The notes under the pieces are model-generated. The model saw only the letters and a list, made by a program, of their open reading frames with translations. It did not search any database and had not been told where the DNA came from. 55,119 nucleotides of DNA, taken from positions 1-55,119 of the forward strand of contig JAXLNO010000272.1 in the NCBI GenBank assembly GCA_038087875.1. The letters run 5' to 3'. The DNA comes from Malacoraja senta (lineage: Eukaryota). The stretch's first letter is position 1. Every line of letters starts with the position of its first letter. The position numbers were made by a program, and so were the translations under genes. Below are positions 24,651 through 37,499 of this stretch, piece after piece.

Positions 24651-25716
24651 CCCTCCATCACCAATGGCAGGTGTTACTCTGTAGCACGATTGACGACAAT
24701 TTCCAGATGATCGAGCCTAATTACACCTTAACCACCGGAATAGATTTCTGTAAAGGACTGGATTTGTTTATCCAACACCAGGAGATGAAGTCCAGATCTA
24801 AATTTTTCGGGTGAATCTTTCAGGATTGCAAAGTGTAAAAAATTCCACTGGGTAAGACTCAATGGCGTTCTGTGACGTAGAAAGGATAGCTGACGGGTAA
24901 CAGGAGCACAAGTGTGGGGAAAAAAAGCGAACATGATAAGATTATGTTGCTCAAGTGAATTGTCTATCTTTGACTTTGATTTTAACAGATAAAAACAGAA
25001 ACTCCCTGACTTCTCCAATACAGCATAGACACTTGGAGGTTTTAGAAGTGCTTTTATCTTGAACAGCTAAAGGGCATCTCCCACAGGATGCTAGCGTTCT
25101 ATGTGCTCGCTTGCAACTTCAGTCTTTTCTTCCTGGCGAGTGAGACAAAATGCGATTTGTCTTTAATTATATTTAATGCATTGAACAAGGACATAAATGG
25201 ATTTGCAACATCCATGTAGGGCGGCACGGTGGCGCACTTACAACAGCCCAGTATAGGAACAGGTTCTTCAGTCTACAATGTTCTTGCCTGCACGTGATTG
25301 GTGTCCCTCCATATCCAAATGTTGAAGAAAGAACTTTGGTAAACTTGGGTCAATAAAACCTAATAGGTTTCCGATGAGAGGGGAAAGATTGAGGTTTGTG
25401 TTCCTAGAAAACAGTCCATATGGCAATTTTCCTCGCGTGAAGATGTGTCATCTGTGCATGCATGAAGTTGAAAACGTGTTCATTTATTTACTTTCTTTGC
25501 TCGTACATAAACACATAAATTTTATTCTGCTTTTCACATTTTTGGTAGTGATTTGTGAATTCTATTCTGTTACCAAAACCACTGTAATGGTTACATAACA
25601 AAAACAACTGTAAGACTGTATAATAAATGATGCTATCAAGTAGTACTTTCAACAATAATCTGCTCTCTGATGGCCAGTTTGGGTTTTGGGTTTTGTTACG
25701 ACCACTTTGCTTCAGA

Positions 25717-26021
25717 CCCGGACAGTGGGGTAGCAGTAGAGTTGCTGCCTTACAGCGCCATAGACCCGGGTTCAATCCTGACTATGGGTGCTGTCTGTAT
25801 GGAGTTTGTACGTTCTCCCCGTGACCCCGTGGGTTTTCTCCGGGTGCTCCGGTTTCCTCCCACACTCCAAAGACGTGCAGGTTTGTAGGTTAATTGGCTT
25901 CGGTAAAATTGTAAATTGTCCCTAGTGTGTGTAGGATAGTGTTCGTGTACGGGGATCGCTGGTCGGTAGAGAGGGTGGGCCGATGGGTCTGTTTCCGCGC
26001 TGTATCTCTAAACTAAACTAA
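25717..26021 (+). mobile_element. HE1-like V-SINE, well conserved
   Basis: Head with GGTTCAATCC B box, core, (CTAAA)3 tail. Confidence 0.9.
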
Positions 26022-26693
26022 ATCTCATCACAGCTTTGGTGCAAACATGAATCAAAGAGCTGAACTCCAGAGGCCAGGTGAGAGTGATTACACTGTGTTT
26101 CAAGACAGCGGTTGACCGAGTGTAGTTTCAAGGAGCAACATTGAAACAAAAAAAAACATGCACTAAAAGGAAAGTACTACAATAGATAGGGTCAATTAAC
26201 AGAGATTTAGAAGGATTTGGGCCATATGCAAGCAACTGGGACTAGCTCAGGTAGACAGACACTTGTATGCATGGATGAGTTGGGCCGAAAGGTCTGTTTC
26301 TCTGCTGTATCAATCGATGATTCTATAACCTCTACCACCAAGGGAAACAAAGGCAGCAGGTACATTGCTTATTTTCTCGTAACTGCATATCACCTCAACT
26401 TGGCAATTCATCACCAGCCCTTCATCATCTTTAGGTCCAAATCCCGGAGCTTCTTCCAACAGCACTGTGGGGACACTATTACCAGATGGACTGTGGCAAT
26501 TCAAGGCAGCTCACCATCAGCTTCTCATGGGAAATTATGGAGTGGGAGATTGCAACCTTCACCTGTTTCAACGAATGCAATCAACCTGGCGTGCACAATC
26601 AAATAAGATCAAATAGAACAAGTTGTCCAACAACGTTAGGCTGTGCATGCCATACACAAGAAGAAGATGGGAAATTATGGATGGGCAATAAAT

Positions 26694-26827
26694 CAGCCTG
26701 AAGAATGGTCTCGACCCAAAACATCACCCATCTATGTTCTCCAGGGATGTTCTCCACCGATTCGATCTGCTGACTTACTCCAGCACTTTGTGCCCATCTT
26801 TGTACAGATGCAGTTCCCAGTTTCAAC
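26694..26827 (+). mobile_element. 134-bp Penelope-like hammerhead unit with 13-bp TSD
   Basis: ATGGGCAATAAAT (26681-26693) and ATGGCCAATAAAT (26828-26840) flank a unit starting CAGCCTGAAGAATGGTCTCGACCC. Confidence 0.75.
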
Positions 26828-27226
26828 ATGGCCAATAAATGTTGGCCTTGCTAACAATAACCAGATCCTGCAAATGTATTGCATAAAGTCTTTGAAGATT
26901 AAGCAGCTGTTAAATAAATTAAAAGCAGAAATATATAGCAAAGTAAACAAAATGAGCAAAATTTTATATTCCAAGTTTAAATCAACAACCCATTCAGATG
27001 AATGTGACCCCTCTGGAAGCCCAATCTGTGGGTTGATATATAGCTGACTGGCCACATATCCAGTCCCAGCTCAACAAAGAATGCAAGAAAATTGGAGCAG
27101 GAGTAAGTCATCAATCCTGCTCCACCATTCAATATGATCATGCCCGGTCTCAATTCCCATTCCAGTTCTTCATAACCCTCAATTCCTCGATCTGGCAAAT
27201 ATTCATCCATCTCCATTTTAAATATG

Positions 27227-27522
27227 GGGCGGCACGATGGCGCAGCGGTAGAGTTGCTGCCTTAAAGCGTTTGCAGTGCCGGAGACCCGGATGTGATCCC
27301 GACTACGGGTGCTGCCTGTACGGTGTTTGCACGTTCTCCCTGTGATCATGTCGGTTTTCTCCGAGATCTTTGGTTTCCTCCCACACTCCAAAGTCATACA
27401 GATATGTAGGTAAATTAGCTAGTGTGTGTAGGATAGTGTTAATGTGCGGGGATTGCTGGTCGGCGCGGACCCGGTGTGCCGGAGGGCCTGTTTCCGCACT
27501 GAATCTCTATCTCTAAACTAAA
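27227..27522 (+). mobile_element. HE1-like V-SINE
   Basis: Head, core, tail; TAAATAT at both flanks. Confidence 0.9.
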
Positions 27523-27539
27523 TATATCTTGAGATTTCA

Positions 27540-27905
27540 AAGATGCACTACCCCCCGAAGGAAGAAGTTTCTATGCACTTCAGTTTAAATGACCGGCCCT
27601 TTATTATGAAGCTTGACACCTTGTTTGTGGATTGTCCTACTAGTGGAGACATCACAACATCTACCCTGTCAAGCCCTCTTATGATCTTATCTGTAGAATT
27701 CTCTGCCACAGAAGGCAGTGGAGGCCAATTCACTGGATGAATTAAAAAGAGAGTTAGATAGAGCTCGAGGGGCTAGTGGAATCAAGGGATATGGGGAGAA
27801 GGCAGGCACGGGTTACTGACTTTGGATGATCAGCCATGATCACAATGAATGACGGTGCAGGCTTGAAGGGCCAAATGGCCTCCTGCACCTATTTTCTATG
27901 TTTCT
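27540..27905. mobile_element. CR1 3' fragments in opposite orientations
   Basis: KIIRGLDRVD on minus; plus-strand 3' end ending CCTGCACCTATTTTCTATGTTTCTAT. Confidence 0.75.
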
Positions 27906-28189
27906 ATCTATCTGTACACTGTGAATGGCTCGATTGTAATTGAGGTTGGGCCATAACGTCACCCATTCCTTCTCTCCAGATATGCTCTCTGTCCCGCTGA
28001 ATCAATCCAGCATTTTGTGTCCATCTATTTAAATAATAATCCACCTTTTCATTCCTCAAACATCAACACATTAAACTCCTTTGCTTTATTTCCTCATTCA
28101 CAGGATGGGATTGTCACTGGCAATACTGGCCTTCAGTTCCTGAACTCAACCATCTTGTTGTACATGGAGTCACTTGTGGTCAGACCACA

Positions 28190-28415
28190 TCATTTCTCCG
28201 AAGGACTGCGGTGACCCAGATGGGGTTTTAGTAATCCAGTGGTTTCGCAGCTATGTTGCTGACACAAGCATTATTCTTTCTGCCTTTGCTACAGATTTAT
28301 TTAATTACTTGAACTCAAATTACCCAGCTGCCGTAGTTAGATTTGAACTCAGGCCTTTGATCAATGGTGCTGAGCTCTGGTTGCTACTCTTGCCACCTAA
28401 TCTCTACACCACCAT
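28190..28415 (-). mobile_element. Old tRNA-derived SINE of a second family
   Basis: Minus strand reads TGGTGTAG..GAGTTCAAATC..CGGCAGCTGG, a tRNA-like head. Confidence 0.5.
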
Positions 28416-28785
28416 AGTCTCGGAGAGGAGCGAGAGATCAGGCCTGCACTCATCTGACCTCTGGCTCCTTCTGACTTTGAAGCTGCATTGCTGCTGGCTG
28501 TTCAGTCTCAACACAACTCGTTCTGGTCCTCTGCACAAACAAAATGAGACTTTTGCAAATGATTCACAGTGCATACCAGCAAGGAAGCTGGCTTTCCTTT
28601 CAGGTAGAATTGTAACATTCTCCACCTGACCGTTAAGTACTGTTTTTGCCAGTTCAATCTCAGCGATTTCTGTTTCCCTCTTGTCTTTGATATATAATAT
28701 TCTGAGCATCTTGTTGCTTAATGCTCTATTCCACTTCCACCCTCTGCCTTCGATCCTACATCACTCCAACAGAGCCCAATACAAG

Positions 28786-29088
28786 GGTCGCACGGTGGGG
28801 CTGCGGTAGAGTTGCAGCACCAGAGACCCAGGTTCGATCCTGACTACGGGTGCTCTCTGTACGGAGTTTGTACCTTCTCCCCGTGACCATGTGGGTTTTT
28901 TCCAGGTGCTCTGGTTTCCTCCCACAGTCAGAAGATGTCAGAAGAGTTTGTAGGTTAATTGGCTTCGGTAAAGATTGTAAATCGTCCCTAATGTGTTGGA
29001 TAGTTCTAGTGTACGGTGTGATTGCTGGTCGACGTGGACTCGGTGGGCCGAAGAGCTTGTTTCTGCACTGTATCTCTAAACCAAACTG
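28786..29088 (+). mobile_element. HE1-like V-SINE
   Basis: Head, core and tail. Confidence 0.9.
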
Positions 29089-29555
29089 AACAAGTTCAAA
29101 CAACAGTACCTCCTCATCTTCCATTTGGCTGCATTGGAGTCTTCAAGACTTGGTATCAAATTCCCAATTACAGATAAAATAAACTGGAGAATGCTGAAAA
29201 CGCTCAGCCGGTCAGGCAGCATCTGTGGAAATAGAAAGAGAGTTCATGTTTTGTTGGAGACTTCATCAGTACAGCTTTTTTTAAATTCCCTTTCTCGGTG
29301 GATTTTCATTTCAAGCATCGATAACTGTTTAAACTTAAAGCAATGATGACAGTGACAATATTCCACGTCTTCTCCACCCCTCCCCTTTTCTACGTCTCAA
29401 GACTAACTGGTTTATCCCATTTTTCCAATTCAGATGAAGGGTCATTCACCTGAAAAATCAACCCTATTTTTTTCCCCATCAGATGCCACATAACCTGCTG
29501 ACTGTTTCTAATAACCCTCTTACATTGACTCAAACCGTTCCAAATTCTTGTGCAA

Positions 29556-29990
29556 TACTGAAGAAGGTTCCCGAGCTAAAACGTCACCTATCCATGTTCT
29601 CCACAGATATTGCCTCGCCCGCTGAGTTACTCCAGCACTTTGTCTTTTTTTCACGTTCACAAGTTATAGGAGTAGAATTAGGCCATTCGACACATCGAGT
29701 CTACTCTACCATTCAATCATGGCTGATCTCTGCCTCCTAATTCCATTTTCTGCCTTCTCCTCACAACCCTTGACACCCGTTCTAATCAAGAATTTGTTTA
29801 TCTCTGCCTTAAAAATATCCACTTACTTGGTCTCCATAGCCCTCTGTGGCAATGAGTTCCACAAATTAACATAAACATAGAAAATAGTTGCAGGAGTAGG
29901 CCATTCGGCTCTTCGAGCCGGCACCACCATTCAATATTATCATGGCTGATCATCCAAAATCAGTACCCTGTTCCTGCTTTCTCCCTCTGA
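29556..29990. mobile_element. Penelope-like unit (29556-29650) followed by two minus-strand CR1 3' tails
   Basis: CTGAAGAAGGTTCCCGAGCTAAAACGTC; tails match those at 570 and 1021. Confidence 0.65.
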
Positions 29991-30971
29991 CTAGTTTTTT
30001 TGTATAATACTTTGCTTTCCAACTCTTCTTTGATATTTTGCTCATGTTTTTGACCAACAGTACTTTGCCGGGGCTTTGTTAATCCTTTCGATTTATTATC
30101 TCCATAAAGAAACCAAACATGCACTTAACGTCCCTTAACGTGCACTGTAAGCAGAATAACATTTTTGCTTAAGGTTGATGAATCCCAGAGAGCGAGCAAG
30201 CAAGAGGCAGGGATGGAGATCACACACTCTTGGCAATCACTGGCTCACAAGATAAAGAGGGTCAAAGGAAACCGTGGGGAAGATTACAGATCAGTAGAAT
30301 AGATAAAGTTACAACTCCATCACCCTCCTGACATGGCCTGAATGTTTCTTACAAAATTCTCCGTTTGGCTTCCGGAATGAGTCCAGAGACAAAGCCTTGC
30401 ATTTCTAGAGAGTTGAAGCTGTTGTACCTCTCCCAGCACACTCATTCAAAAATGAGTTTCAAAAAAAAAAAAGGTGCTGTGACCCTCTAGGATGTGAAGG
30501 ACAGGGTATATTTATTGATCCATTAGAGAGCGCACAACTGTCCCAATGTGATCATTATGGAGTTAATTGAAGAATGAGAAATCGAGCTGAGAATTCAGAA
30601 GTTCCCTAATTAGATGCAGCTGGGTGTTAAATCATACAATTAGGAGACATTAACGTGACGGTTTAATACGCTTTTACTTTGGCTCCACATTTTGTGGGGG
30701 TTGACAAGGGGCCTGGTTAAGTGATGGGGCATCCCTACCAGCACCCCTCCCTCCCCTCACCCTCTCCCTCCTGTGCATTTGCCTGTACACAAGAAGCTTT
30801 CATCTCTCCTCTCTCCTTAATTAGGCACCTAGATATCAAATCAACAAACTATCAGCAGGAGAAGTTGAAATTGATGAAAGTGCTCGCTCCAGGGGCGAGA
30901 AGCCCAAGAGTGGAGGTGAATGATCTGTGGATCACTGAACATTTCCTATTGATTATCTACCTTTACACTTC

Positions 30972-31412
30972 AAAAAAAAAAAAAAATGCTTTTATTCAGA
31001 ACAAACAAAAATACAGAGTAGTAACACGATCAAAGAATGCCTATATTGGCAGTTTACAAACAAAGTAATCAAATTAAAATATTAACAATTTTATCAACAA
31101 TACATTCGACCTCCCACCGCGACCAGCGTTCGCGGAAGGCCTCCAGAGTCCCCGTGGACACCGCGTGTTCCCTCTCCAGGGACACGCGGGCACAGACGTA
31201 ACCCCGGAAAAGGGGCAGGCAGCTGACCGCTGTGCGGCCATCGACTGCCCGCTGCCTGGACCTGTGAATGGCCATCTTGGCCAGGCCCAGGAGCAGACCG
31301 ACAGGGAGACCCCCTCCTCCCTCCCAACCCTCCCCCCTCTGTACCGGGTGCCCAAAAAATCAATAGCGTCGGGCTAAAATGGAGCCAAAACTTGAGGACC
31401 AGCCCCATCAAT
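30972..31412 (-). mobile_element. Tx1-like LINE 3' fragment
   Basis: FWLHFSPTLLIF..CLPLFRGYV..LEREHA..F.ERW; homologous to 40225-40994. Confidence 0.75.
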
Positions 31413-31636
31413 TTTGCATTTTAATTATTATTGTTATTGTTATTAGTGTAATATTGTCACGTGTACTGAGATGCAGTGAAAACTTTGTTTGCGTGCTAGC
31501 AAGTCAAATCGCGCTATACATGAGTACAATCAAACAATACGCAAGTACAACTGGTAGTGCAAAGAGAAAAATACTAGAGTAATGGGCCTGTCCCACTTAG
31601 GTGACTTTTTGGGCAACTACAGGAGACTATGCGGTC

Positions 31637-32600
31637 GGGTGATTCTTCAGTAAGTGTCTACTCTGAAGTATTTGGAAACCCGATTATAAAACTTAAAATG
31701 TTGCAACTTTGAATGTTGTTTCACATAGATGAACATCTCTACTATGGGAAAATATGTTTGGCGCAATCTTTTAGAGAATGTAATTTATTTTTTCCTCTTC
31801 TTTTTCCAGGTTGCCCATTGCATTCAGTCATATCCGTCGCATTTTTACGATGAACAACACTGTAAAATATAACATTTAAGAGTATAAAATCAACTTGTCC
31901 CACTTTCAAATTATAGTATCTTCCTCAAATAAACCACTAAAAAATTACTTTTTCAGTCTAACGCATTGATTTTAAACCTTCGTAACAGGTTACTGCTGAA
32001 AAAAGTGGTGATTTTTCAGCAAGAATGGTAACCGTCACGTAACTTTTCACCAACTTCCTCTAAAACAAAATTAACTTCTGATGAATAGGCAGAAGCATAC
32101 TGTTCATTTATCAATTAAAATTCATAATTATGGTCATTGTTGAATTATTTTACACATTATGAGCATAAAATACTCATGTGATGGACATGACAGCGTAATG
32201 GAGATGATCAAGTTCAGGAGTGCCACGTGACGGGGATGGCTTTTTTAACCCTAGCCCTATCAAGAATAGAGAAATTTCTTTAAGGGTGATAAATATTTTA
32301 ATTATTAATACCTACCGTTTAAAAGTATTTTCATTTCAGATAGATCCCCCATTAAATAAATATGCCGACTTGAAATATCACAAGTAACCATCGGGTCATG
32401 CGGTTTTCCGGGGGGCTTCGAACATCGGGAAAAAAATTAAAAAATAACACTTTATTCATTTAGGGTTTAATCTTTATTTATGAGGATAATGTTTATTAAC
32501 AATATAGAAAAAGAAGAAATGGGTTAGAATTACAGATTTTCCTTATATACAGCATAAAAGTAGCGGGACGCCAAAGTAGACAGTTACTGAAGAATCACCC
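31637..32600. mobile_element. 964-bp non-autonomous DNA transposon with GGG termini (Sola2-like?)
   Basis: TIR GGGTGATTCTTCAGTAAGTGTCTACT vs AGTAGACAGTTACTGAAGAATCACCC (25/26 match); flanks GGTC/AGTC; AT-rich interior without ORFs. Confidence 0.8.
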
Positions 32601-32634
32601 AGTCGCCACAGGTCGCCAGGGTGTCGCTGTATGG

Positions 32635-32832
32635 TCGTGAGTAGACTCCTCAATCGCCCCAAAAGTTGTAGCATCTTTCTGGTCGTCAAAAAAATTTCAA
32701 CATGTTGAAAAAATTTCGACGACAGTGGCGACCTAGAGTTTGATACTAAATGAGCATAGCTTGACGTAGGTGCTGTCGTAGGTTGTCGCCAGGTGACGTA
32801 GGTTTTTGCCGGTGCTGACTTCGGTGAATTTC
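32635..32832 (+). repeat. 198-bp direct repeat, second copy at 36166-36363, flanking the L1
   Basis: Colinear copies, about 9 differences by eye. Confidence 0.92.
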
Positions 32833-35800
32833 TTTTTTTTTATTATTATTTTTTTTTAATTTTATTTATTAGAAGTACATTACATTACAACCACATACAT
32901 TAGTACTCGTCACATATATCTTCTTACAATTAATGTACTCCGTTTGTTTTTTACACTAATAAAGGGAAAGGATGAGATTGAGAGAAAGAAGAAAGTGAAG
33001 GAAAAGGTGAAAGTGTAAAAAGCGTGACAACAAGAAAGAACGAAGACCCTATAAGAACGAAATTAAAAACAAAAGAAAAAGAGTTAAGAAATAGATCCTA
33101 GAAAAGAAGAAGAAAGAGAAAGAGGGAAAAGAGAAAAACAAATAGTTTTTGTAAGCATCACGCAAATGGGACATACCAACTCTCCAACTTTCATCCTCCC
33201 TTACCTGACCTCAGTTTTTTTTAAGGTACTTTTGCACCCTATATTTGTAATAATTCTATAAATGCAGACCACGTCAGGTGGAAGTGATCTGGTTTACCTG
33301 CTAGGAGGAGTCTTATCTCTTCTAGGTGTAATGTTTCGAACATATTTGAAATCCACATGTTTATAGTTGGTATTGGAGCCTTTTTCCAAAATTTTAGGAT
33401 TAGCTTTTTTCCAGTTATTAAACCATAGTCTATTAGTTTCTTTTGGAACACATTTAGTTCTGGACTATCTTCCGTTATTCCGAAGATAATCCATTCTGCT
33501 TTGGGTATCAGTTTTATTTTAAATAATTTTGTAAAGATTTCAAAAATTTCAATCCAAAATTTTTGAATTTTTGTACAGAAAACAAATGAGTGCGCTATAG
33601 TAGCTTCTTGAGATTGACATTTATCACAGATGGATGATACATTTGGGAACATTTTATGGATTTTAGTTTTGGAATAATATAATCTATGTAAAATTTTAAA
33701 TTGTATTAAAGTGTGTCTTACATTAATCGGACATTTATGCACGTTTAATACGTGTTCATTCCACCTTTCCTTTGAAATTTTAATAGCTAATTCTTGTTCC
33801 CAGTCTCTTCTGATACCTTCTGTAGATAGTATTTCTACATTTAAGATAATATTATACAAATAAGATATTAGGTTTGCTGATTCAGCTTTTATCTGCATTG
33901 CATCATCCAATACATCTGCTGGGCTATTATAATGATCTTTTGTATATTTTTTCAAATAGTCGCATATTTGAAAATATTTAAAATATTGATTATTTCCGAG
34001 TTTATATTTTATTTGTAATTGTTGAAATGATAGTAATTTTCCAGTTTCATACAGGTCACCGAACATTTTAATTCCTAGTCTATCCCAGTGTGTGAAAGAT
34101 TTATCTATAATAGAGGGATTAAACGAAGGATTATTAACTATGGGAGATAAAAGTGATAAATTTCTTAATTTTAAATATTGTTTTATTTGTTTCCAAATTC
34201 TGATTGTGCTATGTATAATTGGGTTCTTATTATAATTTATGTTATTCAGTTTCATTGGTGAGAGGAGGATCGCTCCTATGTTTCCAGAAGAGCAATCCTC
34301 TCTCTCCATTACAATCCAGTCCACTTGCTGGGCAGAGTTATCCATCAGTTGAATCATATTTTTAATATTTAGTGACCAATAATAATACATGAAATTAGGT
34401 AGTGCTAAGCCCCCTAATACTTTAGGTTTGTTCAAGTGAGTTCTTTGTATTCTATGTGATTTATAGTCCCATATAAAATTAGTGATATCTGAGTCCAATT
34501 TTTTTTAAAAACTTCTTTGGTAGGTATATAGGAATCGATTGAAATAGGTATAAAATTTGTGGTAGAAAGATCATTTTTATTGCATTTATTCGGCCTATTA
34601 AAGACATCGGGAGCGTTTTCCAAAATTTAATTAGTGTGTTTAATTTATTAAGTAGAGGATCAAAATTTGCTTTAAACATACCTTGATATGTTCTAGTAAT
34701 TTTGATTCCCAAGTATTTAAAATTTTCTGTAGCTATTTTAAAAGGGAATTTTAAAAGATGTGTTGAGTCTTTCGGTTTTATTGACATAATTTCACTTTTA
34801 TTCCAATTTATTCTGTATCCAGAAAAAGATCCAAAGTCTTCAATTAAATTTAATATATTTGGTATAGTGATTTGAGGTTTTGTAATGTACAGTAATATAT
34901 CATCCGCGTATAAAGATATTTTAGTATTTGAATATTTAGTATTATACCCATGGATATCAGGATGTATTCTAATTTTTCTGCTAACGGTTCAATAATAAGA
35001 GCAAACAACTGTGGTGATAATGAGCATCCTTGTCTATTTCCCCTTGATAGTTGAAATTTCGAGGATAATATGTTATTAGTTAATATTCTAGCTGTAGGTT
35101 TATTATATAATAATTTAATCCATAGAATAAAATTCTCTCCCAGTTGGAATTTTTGTAATACTTTATCCATATAATTCCATTCTACTTGGTCAAATGCTTT
35201 TTCAGCGTCCAGCGAAATAATTGATAATTCTTGTTCTTCAGATTTATGTGAGTGCATTATGTTGAGTAAACGTCTCATATTGTTAGATGAATATCTCTTA
35301 GGGATAAACCCCGTCTGATCTGGGTTTATTAGTTTACTAATATATTTACTTAATCTTCTAGCTAATGTTTTCGCTAATATTTTTTGAACTGTGTTTAACA
35401 ATGCTATAGCTCTATATGAACCCGGTTCTTCTATAGCTTTGTCTTTCTTAAGTATTAGTGTAATCGTTGATTCCGCTAATGTATCAGGTAGTATTTGTTT
35501 TTTAAAAGCATATTGGTACATTTTTTGTAATCTTGGTATAATTTTGTCATAGAAGCTTTTATAAAATTCATTAGTAAATCCATCAGGACCTGGTGTTTTT
35601 CCATTCTTTAGTGAGTTTATTGTATCTTCTAATTCCTTAATTGAGATTTGTGCTCCCAATTCCTCTTGTTCCTTCAACTTTAACTTTGGAAGATTACAAT
35701 TATCCAAAAACTCTGTCATTTTATTGGAGTCAGTTATCGTTTTAGATGTATACAAATTCTCATAAAATTGCGCAAATCTTTTATTAATATCCTTCGGTAT

Positions 35801-36165
35801 GGTTAATAATTCCCCTCTATCTGATTTAATCTTTGGGATCGTATGTTCTTTTTCTCGTTTTTTTAGCTGGCGAGCCAAAAGTTTATGCGGTTTATCCCCA
35901 AATTCAAAGTGCTCTTGTTTTGTAATTTGAAAAAGTCTTATCAGTTTGGCTGATAATAATTTATTTAATTTTAAATTTCCAAATTATTATTTTATTATGT
36001 TTATCTATTGATGGATCTTTAGCATTATCTATATCCATTTGTCTAATAAGTTCCTCTAACTGTTTTTGTTCATTATTATTCTTTTTATTTTGAAAAGCTT
36101 GATATGAAATTATAATACCTCTAATGTATGCTTTAAAAGATTCCCATAATACAGTAGGCAATATA
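32833..36165 (-). mobile_element. 5'-truncated L1 (ORF2 RT and C-terminus, 3' UTR, A-rich tail)
   Basis: LWESFKAYIRG, KTPGPDGF, LDAEKAFD, GNRQGCSLSP, YADD after a frameshift, GGLALPNF, CDKC..H...C. Confidence 0.95.
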
Positions 36166-36504
36166 TCGTGTGTAGACTCCTCAATCGCCCAAAAGGTCGT
36201 AGCATCTTTCTGGTTGGCAAAAAATGTTCAACATGTTGAAAAAATTTCGACGACAGTGGCGACCTAGAGTTTGATACTAAATGAGCATAGCTTAACGTAG
36301 GTGCTGTCGTAGGTTGTCGCCAGGTGACGTAGGTTTTTGCCGGTGCTGACTTCGGTGAATTTCAAAATCGTATTCTCCAGCAGCCGCCTAAAAACTTGCC
36401 TAAGTGGGACGGGCCCATTAGTCCAGTTGCCGTTTTTTCGGTGACCTGCTACGACTATGACAGTTGCTGAAAAAATCGCCTAAATGGGACAGGCCCATAA
36501 GGAA

Positions 36505-36797
36505 TAGAGTCATGGAGTCTTACAGCATGGAAACAGGCCCTTGGGCCCAATTTACGGCCAACATGTCCCATCTACACTAGTCCCACCTGCCTGCATCCTG
36601 CATTTGGCCCATATCCCACTAAACCTGTCCTATCCATGTGCCTGTCTAAATGTTTCTTAAAAGTTGTAATAGTACCTTCCTCAACTGCCTCCTCCGGCAG
36701 CTCGTTCCATAAACCTATCATCCTTTGCGTGAAAAAGTTACCCTTCAGATTCTTATTAAATCCTATGTCCTCCAACCTATGTGCTCTGGTTCTTGAT
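36505..36797 (-). mobile_element. CR1 3' end
   Basis: GNFFTQRMIGLWNELPEE..FKKHLD. Confidence 0.8.
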
Positions 36798-37221
36798 GTG
36801 TTTATTGTTGTAGTGTAAGGAAGATTCTAAAGAATATAGTGCAAAGAGTATTGTTAGTAAATCCCGATAGATTTAAAATAGGAAAAAAGGTTTTCAAAAA
36901 GTGGAATAATTTTAGTAGATGATCGTCTTCTGGGAGTTTGTAAAGCATATCATAGAATGGTTGCAGCACAGAAGATGGCTTGTTGGTCTATCATGTCCAT
37001 GCCAACTCTCTTCCAGAGCAATTCTCTCATTTCACCCACCCTTGCTCTTCCTCCATCATGTATTTATCCATTTCTTTCTGAAGGCCACTCTGGGACCTTC
37101 CTCAACCACATCTACCAGCAGTCGACTCCAAATTACAATCACACAAAAAAAATGTTTCCTCGGGTCACTCTTAATTCTCTTCCCTGTTATTTCGCATTTA
37201 TGACCTCTAGTTTTTTTTTTG

Positions 37222-37499
37222 GCGCAGAAACAGGCCCTTCGGCACCGAGACAGCACCAACCAGTGATCCCCGCACGTTAACATTACACTCTACACACATT
37301 ACTATACCATGCCAATCAACCTACAAACCTGTGCGTCTTTGGAGTGTGGGAGGAAAGCGAAGATCTCGGAGAAAACCCACGCGGTCACTGGGAGAACATA
37401 CAAACTCCGTGCAGACACCACCCATAGTCATGATCGAACCCGGATCTCTGGCGCTGCAAGCACTGTTAGGCAGCAATTCTACCGCTGCGCCACCGTGCC
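37222..37499 (-). mobile_element. HE1-like V-SINE
   Basis: Reverse complement of head and core. Confidence 0.88.

Larger units (their letters stand above)
31583..36497. mobile_element. PIF/Harbinger MITE expanded by two nested insertions
   Basis: TIR TGGGCCTGTCCCACTTAGG at 31583; CCTAAATGGGACAGGCCCA ending 36497; TAA TSD; additional right TIR copy ending 36417. Confidence 0.8.

Noticed and set aside
26732..27055. Unannotated ORFs as host exons (also 28174-28629, 30721-31068)
   Set aside because: No recognisable domains, overlap with repeats, no convincing splice pattern; tiny exons cannot be excluded without RNA-seq
33239..35878. Active L1 or domesticated RT gene
   Set aside because: 5'-truncated, no endonuclease domain or ORF1, several frameshifts
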